Origin: Basidiobolus meristosporus CBS 931.73
Lineage: Eukaryota; Fungi; Basidiobolomycota
Assembly (NCBI GenBank): GCA_002104905.1
Contig: MCFE01000266.1
Location: 43,662-107,661 of the forward strand
DNA length: 64,000 nucleotides
Direction of reading: 5' to 3'
Shown: piece after piece, positions 36,601 through 48,837 of the stretch
How the letters are laid out: each line of letters begins with the position of its first letter
How positions within the stretch are numbered: position 1 is the stretch's first letter
The notes under the pieces: model-generated
The model's database searches: none
Seen by the model: only the letters and a program-made list of their open reading frames with translations
Told to the model about the DNA's origin: nothing
Program-made: the position numbers and the translations under genes

Positions 36601-37272
36601 GGCGTCGGAAAGCTTTCTCAATTCCCAGTCTACGGTTGTGACGTATCTAGTCCGATCGTTCAAGAACGTGCTGTCCAAGGCCTTTAACAACGAAAAGAAC
36701 GGGAAGCTAAACATCGAGGTAACTTGTAAGAGCGAATAGTTCCCTGAGGTCAGCACTCGATAATCAAGCAGGCTCTTGATGGCTTCAAAGCCAGCATTCA
36801 AAAAAGGGTCTATCACCCAAGTCTGCCTGAGCAGCTCAGAAACCAGAAGGCCAAGGGAAAAGTGCACACTATACTTCAGGCTGGTCGTCAAACAGCAGCT
36901 CTTGCTTTGTAGAAACAGGAACGCAAGTAGCCAGTATACTACCTGTACACAACAAAAGATGGAGTCCCATGTGGTGCGGAATGTATCAGATGTGAGGTTA
37001 CTGGAGGAAGGAGGGCTCAGCAAAACCCAGCTGAGAGAACACGCAAGACATACTACATACGCCAGCAGCGTGGCTTTAACTAGGGTTTCGACCGTTTCAC
37101 ATGGGATGTGGGAGAGCCTCTCTTGTGTCTGGAAGGCGGACTGGAGGTTTTTAGGAAGCCAATTTTGAAGATGGTCATCCTCAGCCAAGAGATTCTTTTC
37201 GAGGCTTGTGTAAAGGTTGAGGGAGGACTTTTTTATGGCACTATTCTTTGCGGAGAGAGAATTCTCTGGCAT
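33640..37272 (-). CDS. SSK1: Ssk1/Mcs4-type two-component response regulator; the 5' part may contain in-frame introns
   Basis: C-terminal receiver domain KVLIVEDNPINQ...LVLMDIQLPVMDG...ALTA...GCNDFLTKPVSLVWLEKKIMEWGCMQALIDF, plus an upstream degenerate HATPase-like region. Confidence 0.9.
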   Translation of the reverse strand: MPENSLSAKNSAIKKSSLNLYTSLEKNLLAEDDHLQNWLPKNLQSAFQTQERLSHIPCETVETLVKATLLAYVVCLACSLSWVLLSPPSSSNLTSDTFRTTWDSIFCCVQVVYWLLAFLFLQSKSCCLTTSLKYSVHFSLGLLVSELLRQTWVIDPFLNAGFEAIKSLLDYRVLTSGNYSLLQVTSMFSFPFFSLLKALDSTFLNDRTRYVTTVDWELRKLSDAITRMHSDHADHKALFIKNMTTELRNATSMAIETVKQLSPPELLIKPQEHVSACSIPVPTASVSAVHAALKHVINLSSHLTLINRLLFTEESTIEGAEQSDADAGEFDIGELLQSVGDMLAGTAAEAKVELVLFHADCDFHHRNVIGNEAGFRHVLITMIKTMIDSASPGAWVELGLHLTPGKPEAEDTTGSKDERVDLMFEIIYTPFASDESAASAFCPDANLTAKLVEGLGGELLSSERVGSQVIELHFKLLSGSKEPLKKESSMVRNNTEIRRRLNIADEPTPEELTRFSLTLRGLKAALHATGHSVFAKHLTSCLTVCGLDITHIPIGAAKEEVELAPDSTPQSAPVPSLIGLNLTREEAIKTNTPPTFIIIDDDIKTLRDQFISLRNNPAFNFSNHQYRRHRRMESLSNHLVTSIIHFTSLSNYQLIKDEVYSLLITPHHLLPPQVLVIPKPVGPKRLLTTLHTAITKPKVDPSYVPIATSPMSPGLKYHQTKEEEKNPMDFINFDTYRLPSESSSDQNITSVSGLSTNNPSTPVTGTIVFDPKSFAGQNATKSPLSRIANPVFTRRTSDQSLAGTPVGYAKPAAANPLTSSPSPTINGKPIILPTNGLARTSASPSSLGASVISSPSIRPTSGANTPLMMPLPTQMKPPSPVPAPKVSVEPSTSKATARKKSARFNSAAANASSLSSVVSPPIKVLIVEDNPINQTILSTFMRKRKIKYSVANNGLEAVQKWKEGGFHLVLMDIQLPVMDGIEATKEIRRLEKMQKIGVLSSPGAPVHVSFSAPTSPSSPFRSPVIIVALTASSLQSDRHAALAAGCNDFLTKPVSLVWLEKKIMEWGCMQALIDFEGWRKWKSQDGTHSLTAGLSGSKSAGGASSLSIRTSRSVSDASETRGAVTSPNTKEAIFNEKAMETIATLKLPDFDRGKALHKQQINTAGQAPMTLLPTEKPETPSRGVGNTDRDVDLPKHRSGPLITATKDPQV

Positions 37273-39173
37273 GTCTGTGTATCTATTGTATTAGGTGGCT
37301 AAACAGCAGTGCTGTACGGGCTGGATAGTACACGGGGAAATAGTAGGGAAACAGAAAGCTTGGATAGCTCTACAGCAAACGTATATTGAACCTACTCTTG
37401 ACAGTGTTCTAGGTTAGGTTGAAAGGGTAAATCACATAAGATACCTGAAGACAAGTGTTTCTAAGAAAATAGAAGGGAGAGTGAGGTAGCAGTAGTAATA
37501 AGGAGAATCAGTAGTCGTAGCTGAAGAGGTCCACTAGCCACCAGATTAGGGCAACTTAATTTGCTTGGTATAATCGACAAATACCTGCCGGTTTGCGATG
37601 ATTAACCAGTCTTCACACTCATTAAGCGCCGAAACTATCGAGAATCCAGCAGAAATCAAATACAGCGACTGATCATGTATCGTTATGTCCTCAAAACGAA
37701 TCAATGATTTTCCATGCATGTCTCTGCAAGATATCGCTCCAACCGACATGCCCGAGTCAGGTCCAGTCTCACATGCTTGGGGAAAGCAACCAAATAGAAT
37801 CAGCTGCCACTTCAATATTGTATAAATAAAGTCATTGCAGATGGGATGCATGAGTCAGATTCATAACAAGGATGTCGTTCTGTTGATTACTCACGTTGCA
37901 CTCCCGTATACTAGTTTACTCTTTGGTATCGATCACTACTCAGGCCAATGGTGACAACGCATCCCTTGTTAGGTACTGAAAGGATCTGATTAGACCATTT
38001 GACGTTAGTGCGTGGATTCTTGCCATTAGGGAAATTCCTGACAACTTTACAGGAAATCCAAGTTACACTCGGCCCGATGTCATCAGCTTTGCCGAGTGTT
38101 GCAGACCTGGGCCTTGGCATAGCAGGATGACTGATCGATTTACATGTGAAATCGTTTCTCCTAAACGACCTGCAACGGCCTACTCAAGACGCCGGTGACT
38201 AGCGCCCGTTGAGGGGATGGGCATCTCCACACCCACCAAGTGCCAACAGACGGCCAACCTGGGTTGAGATTATGAGCCAGGCTGAACGCTCTGAACAAAT
38301 TAGCGGAAGACGTGTCTTGCGGACCTCCTCTTCAAGACATTAGAAAGCAGAGTTCAGGCAAGTACATATGCGCATAACAGTATGCTCACTTCTTGTTGCT
38401 ACACAGCTCATCAGAGCCTCCGGTTGCTGCCACTCTCGCACCTCAAATTTAGCAGCTCTCCGTATTGCTGAACTAAGCAATAACACATATGAGCCTCTCC
38501 AGAATCTTGCGCGGTTCTGACAGCAAACAACTATAGCTAAACAAAAAATGCCATTGGCCTTGTGATTATGCACCCCTCCAGAGCCCAAAGGTCAGCAAGA
38601 TTATCACTGCGCTGTGTACTCGGAGCGGTGGATTACTTTTCCTTGTGTCAAGCTTTGCTTTCAATGCATGCGCCTTCTGTAACTCGTTGTTTTATGCAGT
38701 GTAGATATGAAAAATAGAGGGGCGGAAACCAAACAGCAAGCTTTATTAGGTGGCCCCCAGTGTTGAGGAGTAGCAGAACAGCTACCCCATAATCCGCTCG
38801 TTTGCAATGGAACCCAATCTTGAACGGAACTCAGTGGTAACTTGTGCCAGACATTCCCTCCACATAGATACAACACTGTGCTGGCGCACGGCGCTCAAAA
38901 CCTCACTTGATGTATCCCTCGCCAGGTGAACTTCAATACCCAGCACAACCACTGACATGTGAAGCCCCCAAATCTCTGGTCCATCGAAGGATGCCCCATT
39001 TTTACGATTGTTCATTGGAACGACCAATAAAAATAGATGAAGAATTTTCGAGAGGCGGGGTAAGCAGGTCGAGGATAGGATGGATTGCCAGCAGAATTCG
39101 AAGATCATTCAAATATATATGAAGTTGGGCTTTTCGCTGGCTACGCTGCATTCACTCTTCTCCCGAAAACACA

Positions 39174-39386
39174 ATGTCTTTCCTCGCTCAAGCTGCCCGT
39201 CGCACTGTTGCTGTTGCCCCAAGAAGATTCTACGCTTCTTCTGCCCAACAACCACGCTCCACCCTCTGCGAGAACCTCAAGAAGCTGGGAGAAACCAAGG
39301 TTGGTGACTATGTTACCGACAACACCCGCCCTTTCTTCATCATTGCTGGCGTTGTTGTTGCAGCCAAATTCATCATTGGCGCTTAG
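39174..39386 (+). CDS. 70-aa putative mitochondrial single-pass membrane microprotein
   Basis: ACACA-ATG context; Arg-rich, acid-free N-terminus ending RRFYAS (presequence-like); C-terminal hydrophobic PFFIIAGVVVAAKFIIGA. Confidence 0.6.
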   Translation: MSFLAQAARRTVAVAPRRFYASSAQQPRSTLCENLKKLGETKVGDYVTDNTRPFFIIAGVVVAAKFIIGA

Positions 39387-39690
39387 AAGATTCGTGACCA
39401 GAGTATAGCCCACGTTCACCCGTAGCTCTACACCCCATGATACCACCACTTCATTGTCATCCTTCATAAAGAATAAATTCTCTACAGCACACATTTCCTC
39501 GTATTGTTGGTGGGAATTTGGCGAGTATCATGTAGCAGTATCAAAAATCATCGCAATGAAATCGAGGGTCGACATCAAATTTTGCCGAGCCAATTTATTA
39601 ACAGTCTTCGGGTGTAACAGATTGGATGGTAGATGTGGGCCTTGGGGTCATAACACCACTGCAGACCACGGCTCTCGTGTTCCTGCTTGC

Positions 39691-40157
39691 TCACCAGTGC
39701 TCCGAAAGCACCACTTCACAGAGAAAGACCGTCAGCATGCAGAGCGCACCCGCGAAGGGTAGGTCGAGTGGCCGAAGTGGCAATGCCCCTGACGGCTCAG
39801 TGGCGGTGGCATTGGAGGAAACAGAGGCCACGGGCCTAGGATTTCAAATGGCGTTAGAAAGAGTGTCTCTATGGCCTGTCCTCTCCGTGCTTACATGAAG
39901 GACTGTGCGAGGTCGCTGGTTGCGGCTGGTAGGCCTAGAAGATCGATTCTCAGAGGTAGTTCCAAGCTAAATCCAAGTGAGATCTAAATACCTAGGGAGG
40001 AGGTCGCTGGCGTTGGGCTCGATAAGGTCATAGTATTGCTGGGACTCAGCAAAGTTGTCTGTGTGCTGGAGTGATGCTGATGCCGCTGTTTCTTGGCTAG
40101 TGCCGTCATGCTCAGCATGAAAATGAACAGTAGAACAAGTGATCGGCGCAAATCCAT
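39691..40157 (-). CDS. 116-aa secreted Ser/Thr-rich protein with a hydrophobic C-tail (GPI-like), 3 exons (40157-39992, 39934-39895, 39835-39691)
   Basis: Signal peptide MDLRRSLVLLFIFMLSMTALA. GT-AG introns of 57 and 59 nt (the second with GTAAG and a CTAAC branch) join in frame to ...EPSGALPLRPLDLPFAGALCMLTVFLCEVVLSEHW*. Confidence 0.68.
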
Positions 40158-40686
40158 GTCTATTGTGTGGCTGACGGACACCCTCGGAATTGGAACCACG
40201 GTTACATATCAGTAGTATTTATGGCCGTGGTGTGTTTCAAGAGGCTCGGCGATCCCTCCCATGATTAGTGCAATGGTGAGGCACTGTTACTACAGACGTT
40301 GCAGACAACCAACCTAAAACTCACCATGAAACAGTCCGGGGCTCTCAAGATGCATCGGCATTCGAGCGCTACTGGTCCATCAGCGGCGTATCGGCATTCT
40401 AATCAAGTTAATCAACTTTTAATCAAGCACTTCCGATCTGACTTAGCTCAGCTGTCCAATTGTCGTCTAGAAAATTTCCGCACTCTACTCTTTTTCTTTT
40501 TTTAACCTTGCTCATACATTGTTTGAACCAGGCTTCCTTATTCCAACCAACGCGTGTTTTCAGCTGTAGTAGTATATTTCAAGTGGGAGCTCGTGTTCGT
40601 ATCCCATCCCTCATTTCGTTGACTCGGCATACTCAGTTCAAAAGAAGCGGTATCGAGAAGTAAGGTTATGGGTAGTTGGGGGAATT

Positions 40687-41680
40687 ATGACACATACGTC
40701 CATCACAGTCCCTCTGCCGGTTCCTATCTGTTATGGCGATAAGATACCAATTTCCACTGTAGTCAAAGATTTTTTATACCTGGGAAACCATCAGAATGCA
40801 AAAAGTCGTAAAGAATGCTATGAGAATCGCATCACTCACATCATAAATCTATCGAAAACGCAGAATTACTTCGAAAACGACGTCACCTTTGTTTACGACA
40901 AAGGCAGACCCAAAATTCTTAAACGTGCCGCGCTGGAAAACGGACTTACCGTAGAACATCCACCAGATCGCCACTTCTTGTTTTGTTTTCAGCCTGTATA
41001 TCTTAAAGTGCCGGTTCTTGATAGTGTAGAGGCCAATCTGCTCCCGCACTTTGTTACTTGCTTTGATTTCATCGAGAATGCTCGAGCAGAACTAGGCGAA
41101 AAGGCACGCATCCTTATTCATTGTCAAGGTATTCTTCTTATGGCCCTTTTACTAGTCATATCGGTTGACTAAGCTCATTACTCCAGCGGGGATCTCACGC
41201 TCTGCCACAGTTGTTATGGCTTATCTGATGAAGTACCAAAACATCTCGCTGGATGAGGCATACATTATGGCACACACAGCCAGGCCAATTGTAAGTGGTT
41301 TGCGTTTTAAACAGCTTGAGCTCTATTAACTCTGTCCACAGATATGTCCAAACGACAGTTTTTGTCAGCAGTTAATGTTATTTAATGACACCCTAGTCCG
41401 ACTCCGACAGATCCAAGGCCTACCCGAACATGATTCATCAAAGATCTTTCGTTTAGCTTTTGGGCACGCATTTGGTGGACAGTTGGTGCGAACGCGCAAT
41501 CAGATCGCTCGCTTCAGATCCACCAGATCTCGAACTGCCATGAACACAGACCGTGAGGAATGTGAGGATTCTTCGTCCTCTTCACGTTCCTCGTCTTCTA
41601 CTCCAGCCACAATGCCTACCACAGTTCGTACCAGATCTTCGAGCAGGATTGCAAACAGAAACGCTCGAAGTAAAAAGTGA
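40687..41680 (+). CDS. Dual-specificity protein phosphatase (introns 41129-41186 and 41291-41341; possibly another in-frame intron ~40891-40992)
   Basis: LYLGN, ITHIINLS, spliced HCQAGISRSATVVMAYLMK active-site loop, and RPI-ICPND. Confidence 0.92.
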
Positions 41681-44577
41681 TACACTCCTCAACACATTGC
41701 CCTCCATCTTTCTTCTATGTACCCCCAAATTTTACTAGAAAACCCTCGTCCTGTATATACATATACGCTCACTTCTAGTCTCCTATTTTATATAATATAA
41801 TTTCTTGGTTGCGAGATATGAATCAATGAAGAGTTCGATGGTGCCTTCATACGTCCCATGTGTAAAGCTGACACTACCGCTCAGAGCATGTTAAAATGCT
41901 TCCGTTGTCAGAAAGAAGGATTGAGTTGTAGGTATGGAAGTTGGTTGAATACGCTGTACCATATGACTGGGATGATCTAAAGCAGTGTTTTGGCTGAATA
42001 AGTCTAGCATGTTGCATGGCATCTCTCGCTTGGCAGTTTTCTTAATAGGCTGGTTAAGATGATCACATGCATATAGAATGGGAAGCTCCAAGCCTATTCC
42101 AGCAGCGGGCCTGTATGTTCACGGTTTTGAAGTGATTCGCTCCACAAACTTGATACCTCCGTATAATTTTTGGCCACCGTTTATCCCAATAAAGTTGAGA
42201 AATCATCTAGTTGTCAGTAATCCCCATATTCCTCACTTTTGGTTCGTTGGAGCTCAATGAGTACAACTTCAGATATTTACACTAAGCAACGCCGCGATCA
42301 AACAGCACAGTCCCACAGTTTATCATTCGTCTTGCGTTACATCAAATCGACTTGAGGTTTGAAGCGCAGTGAATGAGTAATTATGTACAATATTATGATA
42401 GGATCTCCTAGCATTGGTGTTGCAACAGAAATTTCACTGGTAATTTGACTACACGCCATTTATCACTACGTTGGTGGCAAAAATGCGAGGTTCAAGTCTA
42501 AAATAACTCCATCGGAAGGCCCCGAAATAAACCAATTGCACTAGTCCAATGTTTGCAGGAAACGAAGAGTGGCCGAAGTGAACCATTGTACTCAGTCTCC
42601 CTGCGCTGCCCATCCTAGCAAGCTGACCCCAAGCTCACAAAACAGCATATCTAGCCTGCAACAATTATGCTGACGGAAATAATATATTGGTGGGGCGATG
42701 TACGAATTTAGTGCACCGAGAGGTGCCATCTACGAGATGCACAACCACCAATAGCTTTACAGCTCTACATCGGTCCATTTAATGTTGCAATAGGCCTACG
42801 GTTGTGCATGTGTCCCTTTGCACCACAACGCCCAACTATATCCACCAGCGTCGACTCCATTTCTACCTGTCTGCTGCGAGAAACACGCGATAAGGCCACT
42901 GGTTGATCATCCGTCGAAGTCAAAGCAGCCCATGCGCGACATGCTGCGGACAATGAATCACCACCTTGAATCTATACCACCAGATTGGATCAAGCATTAT
43001 TGCTTTAAAGGGCTACCACGGATTGAGATATGCAGGGCCAAACCATATATAAGATTCGAGCATGACCTAGACCAAAAGGAAGCAATGAAATCGGATGTTT
43101 ATCAAGATTCTCGATGATTCCCCCAAGCCATCCCGCCGAATATAGAGACCGATACCACATGGGGTTCTGCATATGTTTAGAAACGCGAGAGGCGAATAGA
43201 GTGAAGAGGCTTGGCTCCAAGCCGGCGTCGTTCTTGACAACAGACAAGCATGCTGGCTCTTGGTTGTTTCTTGACTGCTACTCAACGGAGCAGGTGATTG
43301 ACACATATCTCGATGGTGATTCACATCTGAACCTTAGCCTGGCTCATGATTGGCCCGGTCAATCTAGTTTCCACCCCAACAAAACATTTGCCAAGTGAAT
43401 GCCCACTATCGATGGGAGCATAGCGGCTTCATTGGTTATACTATTCAGCATTAATAATCGAACACGCCTCAAGGTGCTGATATTTGTGTTGATTCTCATT
43501 AGTTGGGTGGCTTCATCATGGCGAAATTTCAACATTACTGTAAATGCCCGGGGAAGATGTCGATATTTTCACCAGCTCGGGAAACCTGTAGGTCTCGATT
43601 GGTCACATCATAGCGATGCATATATTGGGAAATCGGTGAGCCTGAGTTCAGCTTGGTGAATATCAGAATTCGGATTTATTTTGAATGTACAGTTCAGAGT
43701 ACTTTAGCACCCGTAAACTCTCCTGGTTGTGCTTGGCTAAGGTTTCCCTGCATCTTTTCTAATTCAACGTTGACCTTCTCTTCTATATCTCCTTGGATTT
43801 TTCTCGGCTTTGCTTTGCCCGTTTCTTCTTGATTGCCAACTCAGTGTTTCAGGTAACCAATGCTCTACCTGAATTCTTCTAGCGCTTCGTTTTCTCTTAT
43901 CACTTTCTTGAGTGCATTGTTTTCTAACTATCTACTTACCTTTTTTATGTTGCCAAAGCTTCATTCGTTTACGAAAGCAGGTCATTTCCTTCGAAGAATA
44001 CACTCACACCGACTTAGAGACAGTTTTCCTCAATATTCGAGGCAAACAACCAATAGACTGTAGATCACAAGAGTATATTTGTAGTTTTCCCTGTAGAGTG
44101 AAATAGATTTTCAAAATCCATAATACAGTACCTACTTCAATCGGCAACTTTTCTAATTAGCCACTTGTCCAGCTTCCACAAGGTGAGTAGTTTTCAGTGT
44201 CTTCTGTGAAGTCTCCGTTAAACTTATATGTACCGCATATAGTCTACTTCTGTTCTCCGTTTCAACCAAAGAACCCATTATTTGATATGCAATCAGAGGT
44301 ACTGTGCCTTTCTACGGAGGTGTGTGTTCGTGTGTACTTATATGGGCTATCTTAGTTAAACGCGCCACGTTCCCCTATCCCTGTTACCGTTACATCTGAA
44401 GCTTCCATCGATTCCGATTTTGGGCCATCTGATGCACTGAACAGCTCCGGTAACATAAGCCCGATCCCTGTAAGAACAGGCGTCTCCCCAACCCCTAGTT
44501 GGAAGGCTGTTGGAAGCCCCACCACTCCCTCTGGGTTTCTGAGTAGCTCACTCAATGAGAATTCGGATGCTGGGTTT

Positions 44578-46397
44578 ATGAGCAGATCTCCTGTATTCGG
44601 TGTAGGTAATTATGCAAATAATGAAGCTAGCACCGGGGCTCGTGGCCTTTCAATTCCCACACGAGAAGAGTCCAGTTCAGCTTCTGGGGGAAGTTGGGGT
44701 GGTCTGGGGGTATCATGGAATAACTCAAGTATCTGGGGAGAACAAAGCCTTAATCGAACTCCTTCGCCTAGTAAACCAAGTATTTATGCTACCGATGGAT
44801 TCTCGGGAATCAGTCAATCGATTTCCCGCCAGCCCCTTCCAGTAATTGAAGAGTCTGCTCCTCCGTATAGACAGCACCGCAGTTTCTCTGTTACATATGG
44901 CCAACTCAACGCAGACTTTCTGGATGAGGACTTGAACGATAAGGAGCGGTATCGTCGAGCCTTAGGCACTCTTGGTGAGGAATTAACTGAAGAAGAATAC
45001 GGCAGTCTTCTTAGACCCCGTGTTCGCTCCCAATCAACCTTCAGTGCTTATCAATTCCCCCCTCAAAATAATTTTGCAAATGAGTCCACTTTAGCCCCGC
45101 CGGGCTTTGGAAACGAAAGAGAGGACAGAGCTGCTGACCTTCATCCACTGTGGGGAAGTCAAAATTCTCACAAAGATACCGCTTCCATGTATCGCAGACG
45201 CTCCATCGCTAACCCGATTGGGTTCGGCAATATGTGGGAGGAAAACACCGGATCCAACCTGGCCTCAAGCGGGATCAGTGCTTATGCTCAAGCTCTCAAC
45301 ACCGAAAGACTGAATAGGCTGCAGCAACAAAGAAGGTATTCTCTTGCTCCATCACCCTCGTTCCAAGAATTGCAATTCTCGGAATCACTCCAGGATATGC
45401 GTATGGGCAATAGGTAGCGTGTCATTGATAAGAGATTTCTTTTGTAATGTCTTACTAACTCGAAGCGTGGGCTAGTAGATCTGGCCTAGGTGCTGAGTAC
45501 AATATGAATTACCGTCGCCATTCTGTTGCTGCCCCTGGCCTCTCCCAAGTGAACAACAACCAAACCGATAGATTACTCTCAGAAGCCTTAGACTCCCTTC
45601 AACTAGATGACCCCATGCGAGGAAGCCCATTCGGAAATATCACCAATGAGGCGGATGAGTTCCTCGAAGGCGATGACCAGCGGCAACGCCCCTTCTCTGA
45701 GCTTGGAAAGGGAGTTCCACTGAACACTTTGTCGAGCCAATGTCCCTTGTATATTGTAGAGTTCAAGGGTGGGCGTACCGATGTATTTTACACACTTGAG
45801 AAGAATGACTTGGTCTGCCACGTGGGTGATCTCGTTATTGTTGAAGCGGATCGTGGCAAAGATCTCGGCAAAGTGATCAACGACTCAATCACACCACATC
45901 ACATCCAGATGCTTCAACAGAGCCAGGCGGCTGAGGGTGGTTCAGGCGACCGATTCAACAAGGAGATCCTGCCAAAGCTGATCTATCGTCTAGCTCAGCC
46001 ATCCGAGATCAGCATATTGATGTCGAAGAACCAGGACGAGGCTAAAGCCATGATGGTTTGCCAAACCAAGGTTCGCCAAAAGAAGTTGCCGATGGAGGTA
46101 GTGGACGCGGAGTATCAATGGTAAGCACGCGGATAGCGAAGTCTCCACCCAGTGGCTAAGCCTAGCTAACATGAAATTCCGCGTATTTCTAGGGATCGTC
46201 GCAAGCTGACATTCTACTTCGTGGCCGAGCGCAGGATCGACTTCCGCGAGTTGGTGCGCGACCTATTCAAGATCTACAAAACCCGAATCTGGATGTGCGC
46301 TGTGAACCCCAACCCGCTTACCTCACTTCTGTGCAGCGCCACGGCCACATCTAACAACCACCAAGAGCAGAAAGAAACCGGCCTAAGCCAGAATTGA
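44578..46397 (+). CDS. PSP1: PSP1 C-terminal-domain protein, 3 exons (44578-45413, 45479-46120, 46193-46397); start may lie further upstream
   Basis: [13 protein letters not shown]...[17 protein letters not shown]...[10 protein letters not shown]|[34 protein letters not shown]. Confidence 0.88.
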
Positions 46398-46479
46398 GTC
46401 CTTGAACATCGATCGTTTCGTTCTACGTAAATTGTTAACTCTTTGAAGTGCAATCCCCCTATCAAAACAGCCAATGTTC

Positions 46480-46537
46480 ACCAACACAACATACATACAC
46501 ACATACACACACAGACACACACAGACACACAGACACC
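46480..46537 (+). repeat. Imperfect (CA)n/(CATA)/(CAGA) microsatellite in the 3' flank
   Basis: Directly visible. Confidence 0.85.
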
Positions 46538-47832
46538 CTATGCACGCCTTAAAATGAACTTGTTTCGTCAGAGTATCGGTGAATAAAATAAAAATATAGA
46601 TGTTCCCTAAAGTACAGAAGACCCCGCTCGTCGACTCGTTGAATTCCTTCATGTGGCAGCTTTGCTGTGATCAATTCAAAGCCCGCGACTATCTTCAACG
46701 GACGTATGCGGAATTTCGCTCACCCAAATCTCGAACCGCCCAAGAGAAAGCAGCACCAGTCGTTCAGTCCCCGTGGGGATAGCAGTGCAGCAAAAACGTG
46801 TCATCGCTGCCTGATGGATATTGCCGGGTCACTCGGTTCAATACTCATAGTGGAGGTAGAGACGGAGTTTGAGTGGGGGGGGGAGAAGGGAGAGGTGAAA
46901 GCTGGGTTGGGGATGGCGTTTGGTAATTTAGCCTATTTGATGGTTGCATTCATTATGACATACAGGACAGCGCGCGTGATGGCATAATGGTACCACCCTT
47001 GTGGCTGGTGTTCGAATAGTGTATGCGATACATCAGCGTGGGTTTTCGGCTGGTTAATGGGATGAGTGGAGGGTGGAGAATGCCCATTGAAAATCGAGAA
47101 TCCCGATGTTACGGGGGCCTCCATCGAACATACTTCCATGGAATTATCACGATAGTGAGGCTGTCCCACTAATGGTTACAGCAAGGCTCGAAACGAATAG
47201 GTTCGGGCTGGGTGATCGCTCTCATCAGGGTGACGTGTGATGTGGCATGCTGACATTCAAATGTTCGCACCATATCCTAGGATTGAAGCTAAGTGGACCT
47301 CATCTATCTTGATGTCCCATTCATTTCCTCGAAGGATTCCCACTTGGTGTTACCCTGGATCGGAAGAATTGGCTGCATTTGTTAGGGACTTTTGCCTCAT
47401 CCAACAACTCCGACCACCTTTTGCGTGGATCAACTAGCTGAGGAATGAAAACTAGCCGGGACATGTGACCTGGGGTCAGGCTTCCTTTACCCTGTCTTCC
47501 GCCGGGTGCCTTCTTTTCGCCGGTAATGATGATTACGGGGTTTCCTGTGAGGTGGGACCCCATGAAGCGAGCGGCGGAGATTACGAGATGCACCTGCAAA
47601 AGGCATGGTGCCACATTGGTAACATGTGAAGCTGTAACGCGGGATTCTGTATTAAGGTAAATTGCGATTTGGATTGGGTGTGGGTAGGAGTGCCTCTTGC
47701 ACCACCACGGAATCGAGCATCCCCACCTGCAGGATATAAATATCTCCACCGGGCCTTCCGATATGGGCAACTTGGGTTTTTGGTAGAGTTTCCCTGGGTC
47801 TCCTAATCATTAAATCCCCACCCTGCTTGCGA

Positions 47833-48837
47833 ATGATGTCCTTGAAGTTATACTGTATCTCTGCGTTGCTGCTCATTGGCGGGACCAGTGGTTGTCTTTA
47901 TGAAGAGGCAAAGCCTCTGGTGACCGCGGAAACCTCCAAGTTTGGCCCCTTCATCGAAGGCACCTCTGTGGATAAGGAGGGAAATATCTATGCGGTGAAT
48001 TTTGGAGATAGCACCACTTTGGCCACCATCGGCGCGGTAACTCCCGAGCAACGTCTGTTCTTCGAGGACACCCAAACGCCTGGCACCGCGTTCAATGGAA
48101 TCCGGTTCGGCGCCAAGGAGGCAGCCGAGAACAGGAAGGTCGCCTATCTGGCCGACTACAAGAATCACCGAGTGGTCCAGGTCGAGGTGAACTCCAAGGG
48201 AGAGATCACCAGCAAGAACTTCTGCGCCAACCCCAACATCATCCAGCCAAACGACCTTGCGCTTGCGCAGGACGGAAGAATCTTCCTGTCCGGCATGAAA
48301 TTCCAGAACAACACCCAGGTCGGAGATGGCGATATCTGGCTTTGCACCCGGGGTGGAAGAACCAGACGCTTGGACGTGATGGGCCGAACGAACGGGATCG
48401 AGCTGAGCCCGGGAGACAAATACTTGTACGTGTCGGAGGCGCTAGACCGTAACTCCACCACCGTTTCCAACCGGATCTGGAGATACCGGGTCCATTCGTC
48501 AGGAAGGATCAGTCACAAAAAGCTGTTCTTCGACTTCGATTCGGTCCACACCGGACATCTGAACATCGACGGCATCCGCAGTGACATCAATGGAAATCTG
48601 TTCGTCGTGCGTCACGGCGGCCAGGAGGTGCTCAAGATGTCACCCAAGGGGAGAATCTTGGCCTCCATCAAGGTGTCCTTCACTTTCCCCACCAACATTG
48701 AGTTGGGTGGGGAGAAGGGTACCACCTTACACATCGTTGGCAGATGCGGCATTGATACCCCAGACGGCGAAGGTGTCGGTTGCGTCGATACTTGGGAAAA
48801 TGATGCACCTGGTAGAGCATGGTCTTTACTCCAGTAA
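47833..48837 (+). CDS. Secreted SMP-30/gluconolactonase (six-bladed beta-propeller) family protein, intronless
   Basis: Signal peptide; EGTSVDKEGNIY, QPNDL, NGIELSP...LYVSE, DGIRSDINGNLFV and PTNIELGG motifs. TATAAATA at 47735. The ORF-track start at 47827 is TTG; the first ATG is 47833. Confidence 0.9.
   Translation: MMSLKLYCISALLLIGGTSGCLYEEAKPLVTAETSKFGPFIEGTSVDKEGNIYAVNFGDSTTLATIGAVTPEQRLFFEDTQTPGTAFNGIRFGAKEAAENRKVAYLADYKNHRVVQVEVNSKGEITSKNFCANPNIIQPNDLALAQDGRIFLSGMKFQNNTQVGDGDIWLCTRGGRTRRLDVMGRTNGIELSPGDKYLYVSEALDRNSTTVSNRIWRYRVHSSGRISHKKLFFDFDSVHTGHLNIDGIRSDINGNLFVVRHGGQEVLKMSPKGRILASIKVSFTFPTNIELGGEKGTTLHIVGRCGIDTPDGEGVGCVDTWENDAPGRAWSLLQ

Noticed and set aside
36700-37272. Transmembrane N-terminus on SSK1
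   Set aside because: The hydrophobic Cys-rich stretches contain GTATGT/GTAG donor-like and polypyrimidine-AG sites and may be unspliced in-frame introns; needs RNA-seq.
41900-44400. Short ORFs between the phosphatase and PSP1 genes
   Set aside because: All are under 100 aa with no motifs; more likely promoter, UTR or intron sequence.
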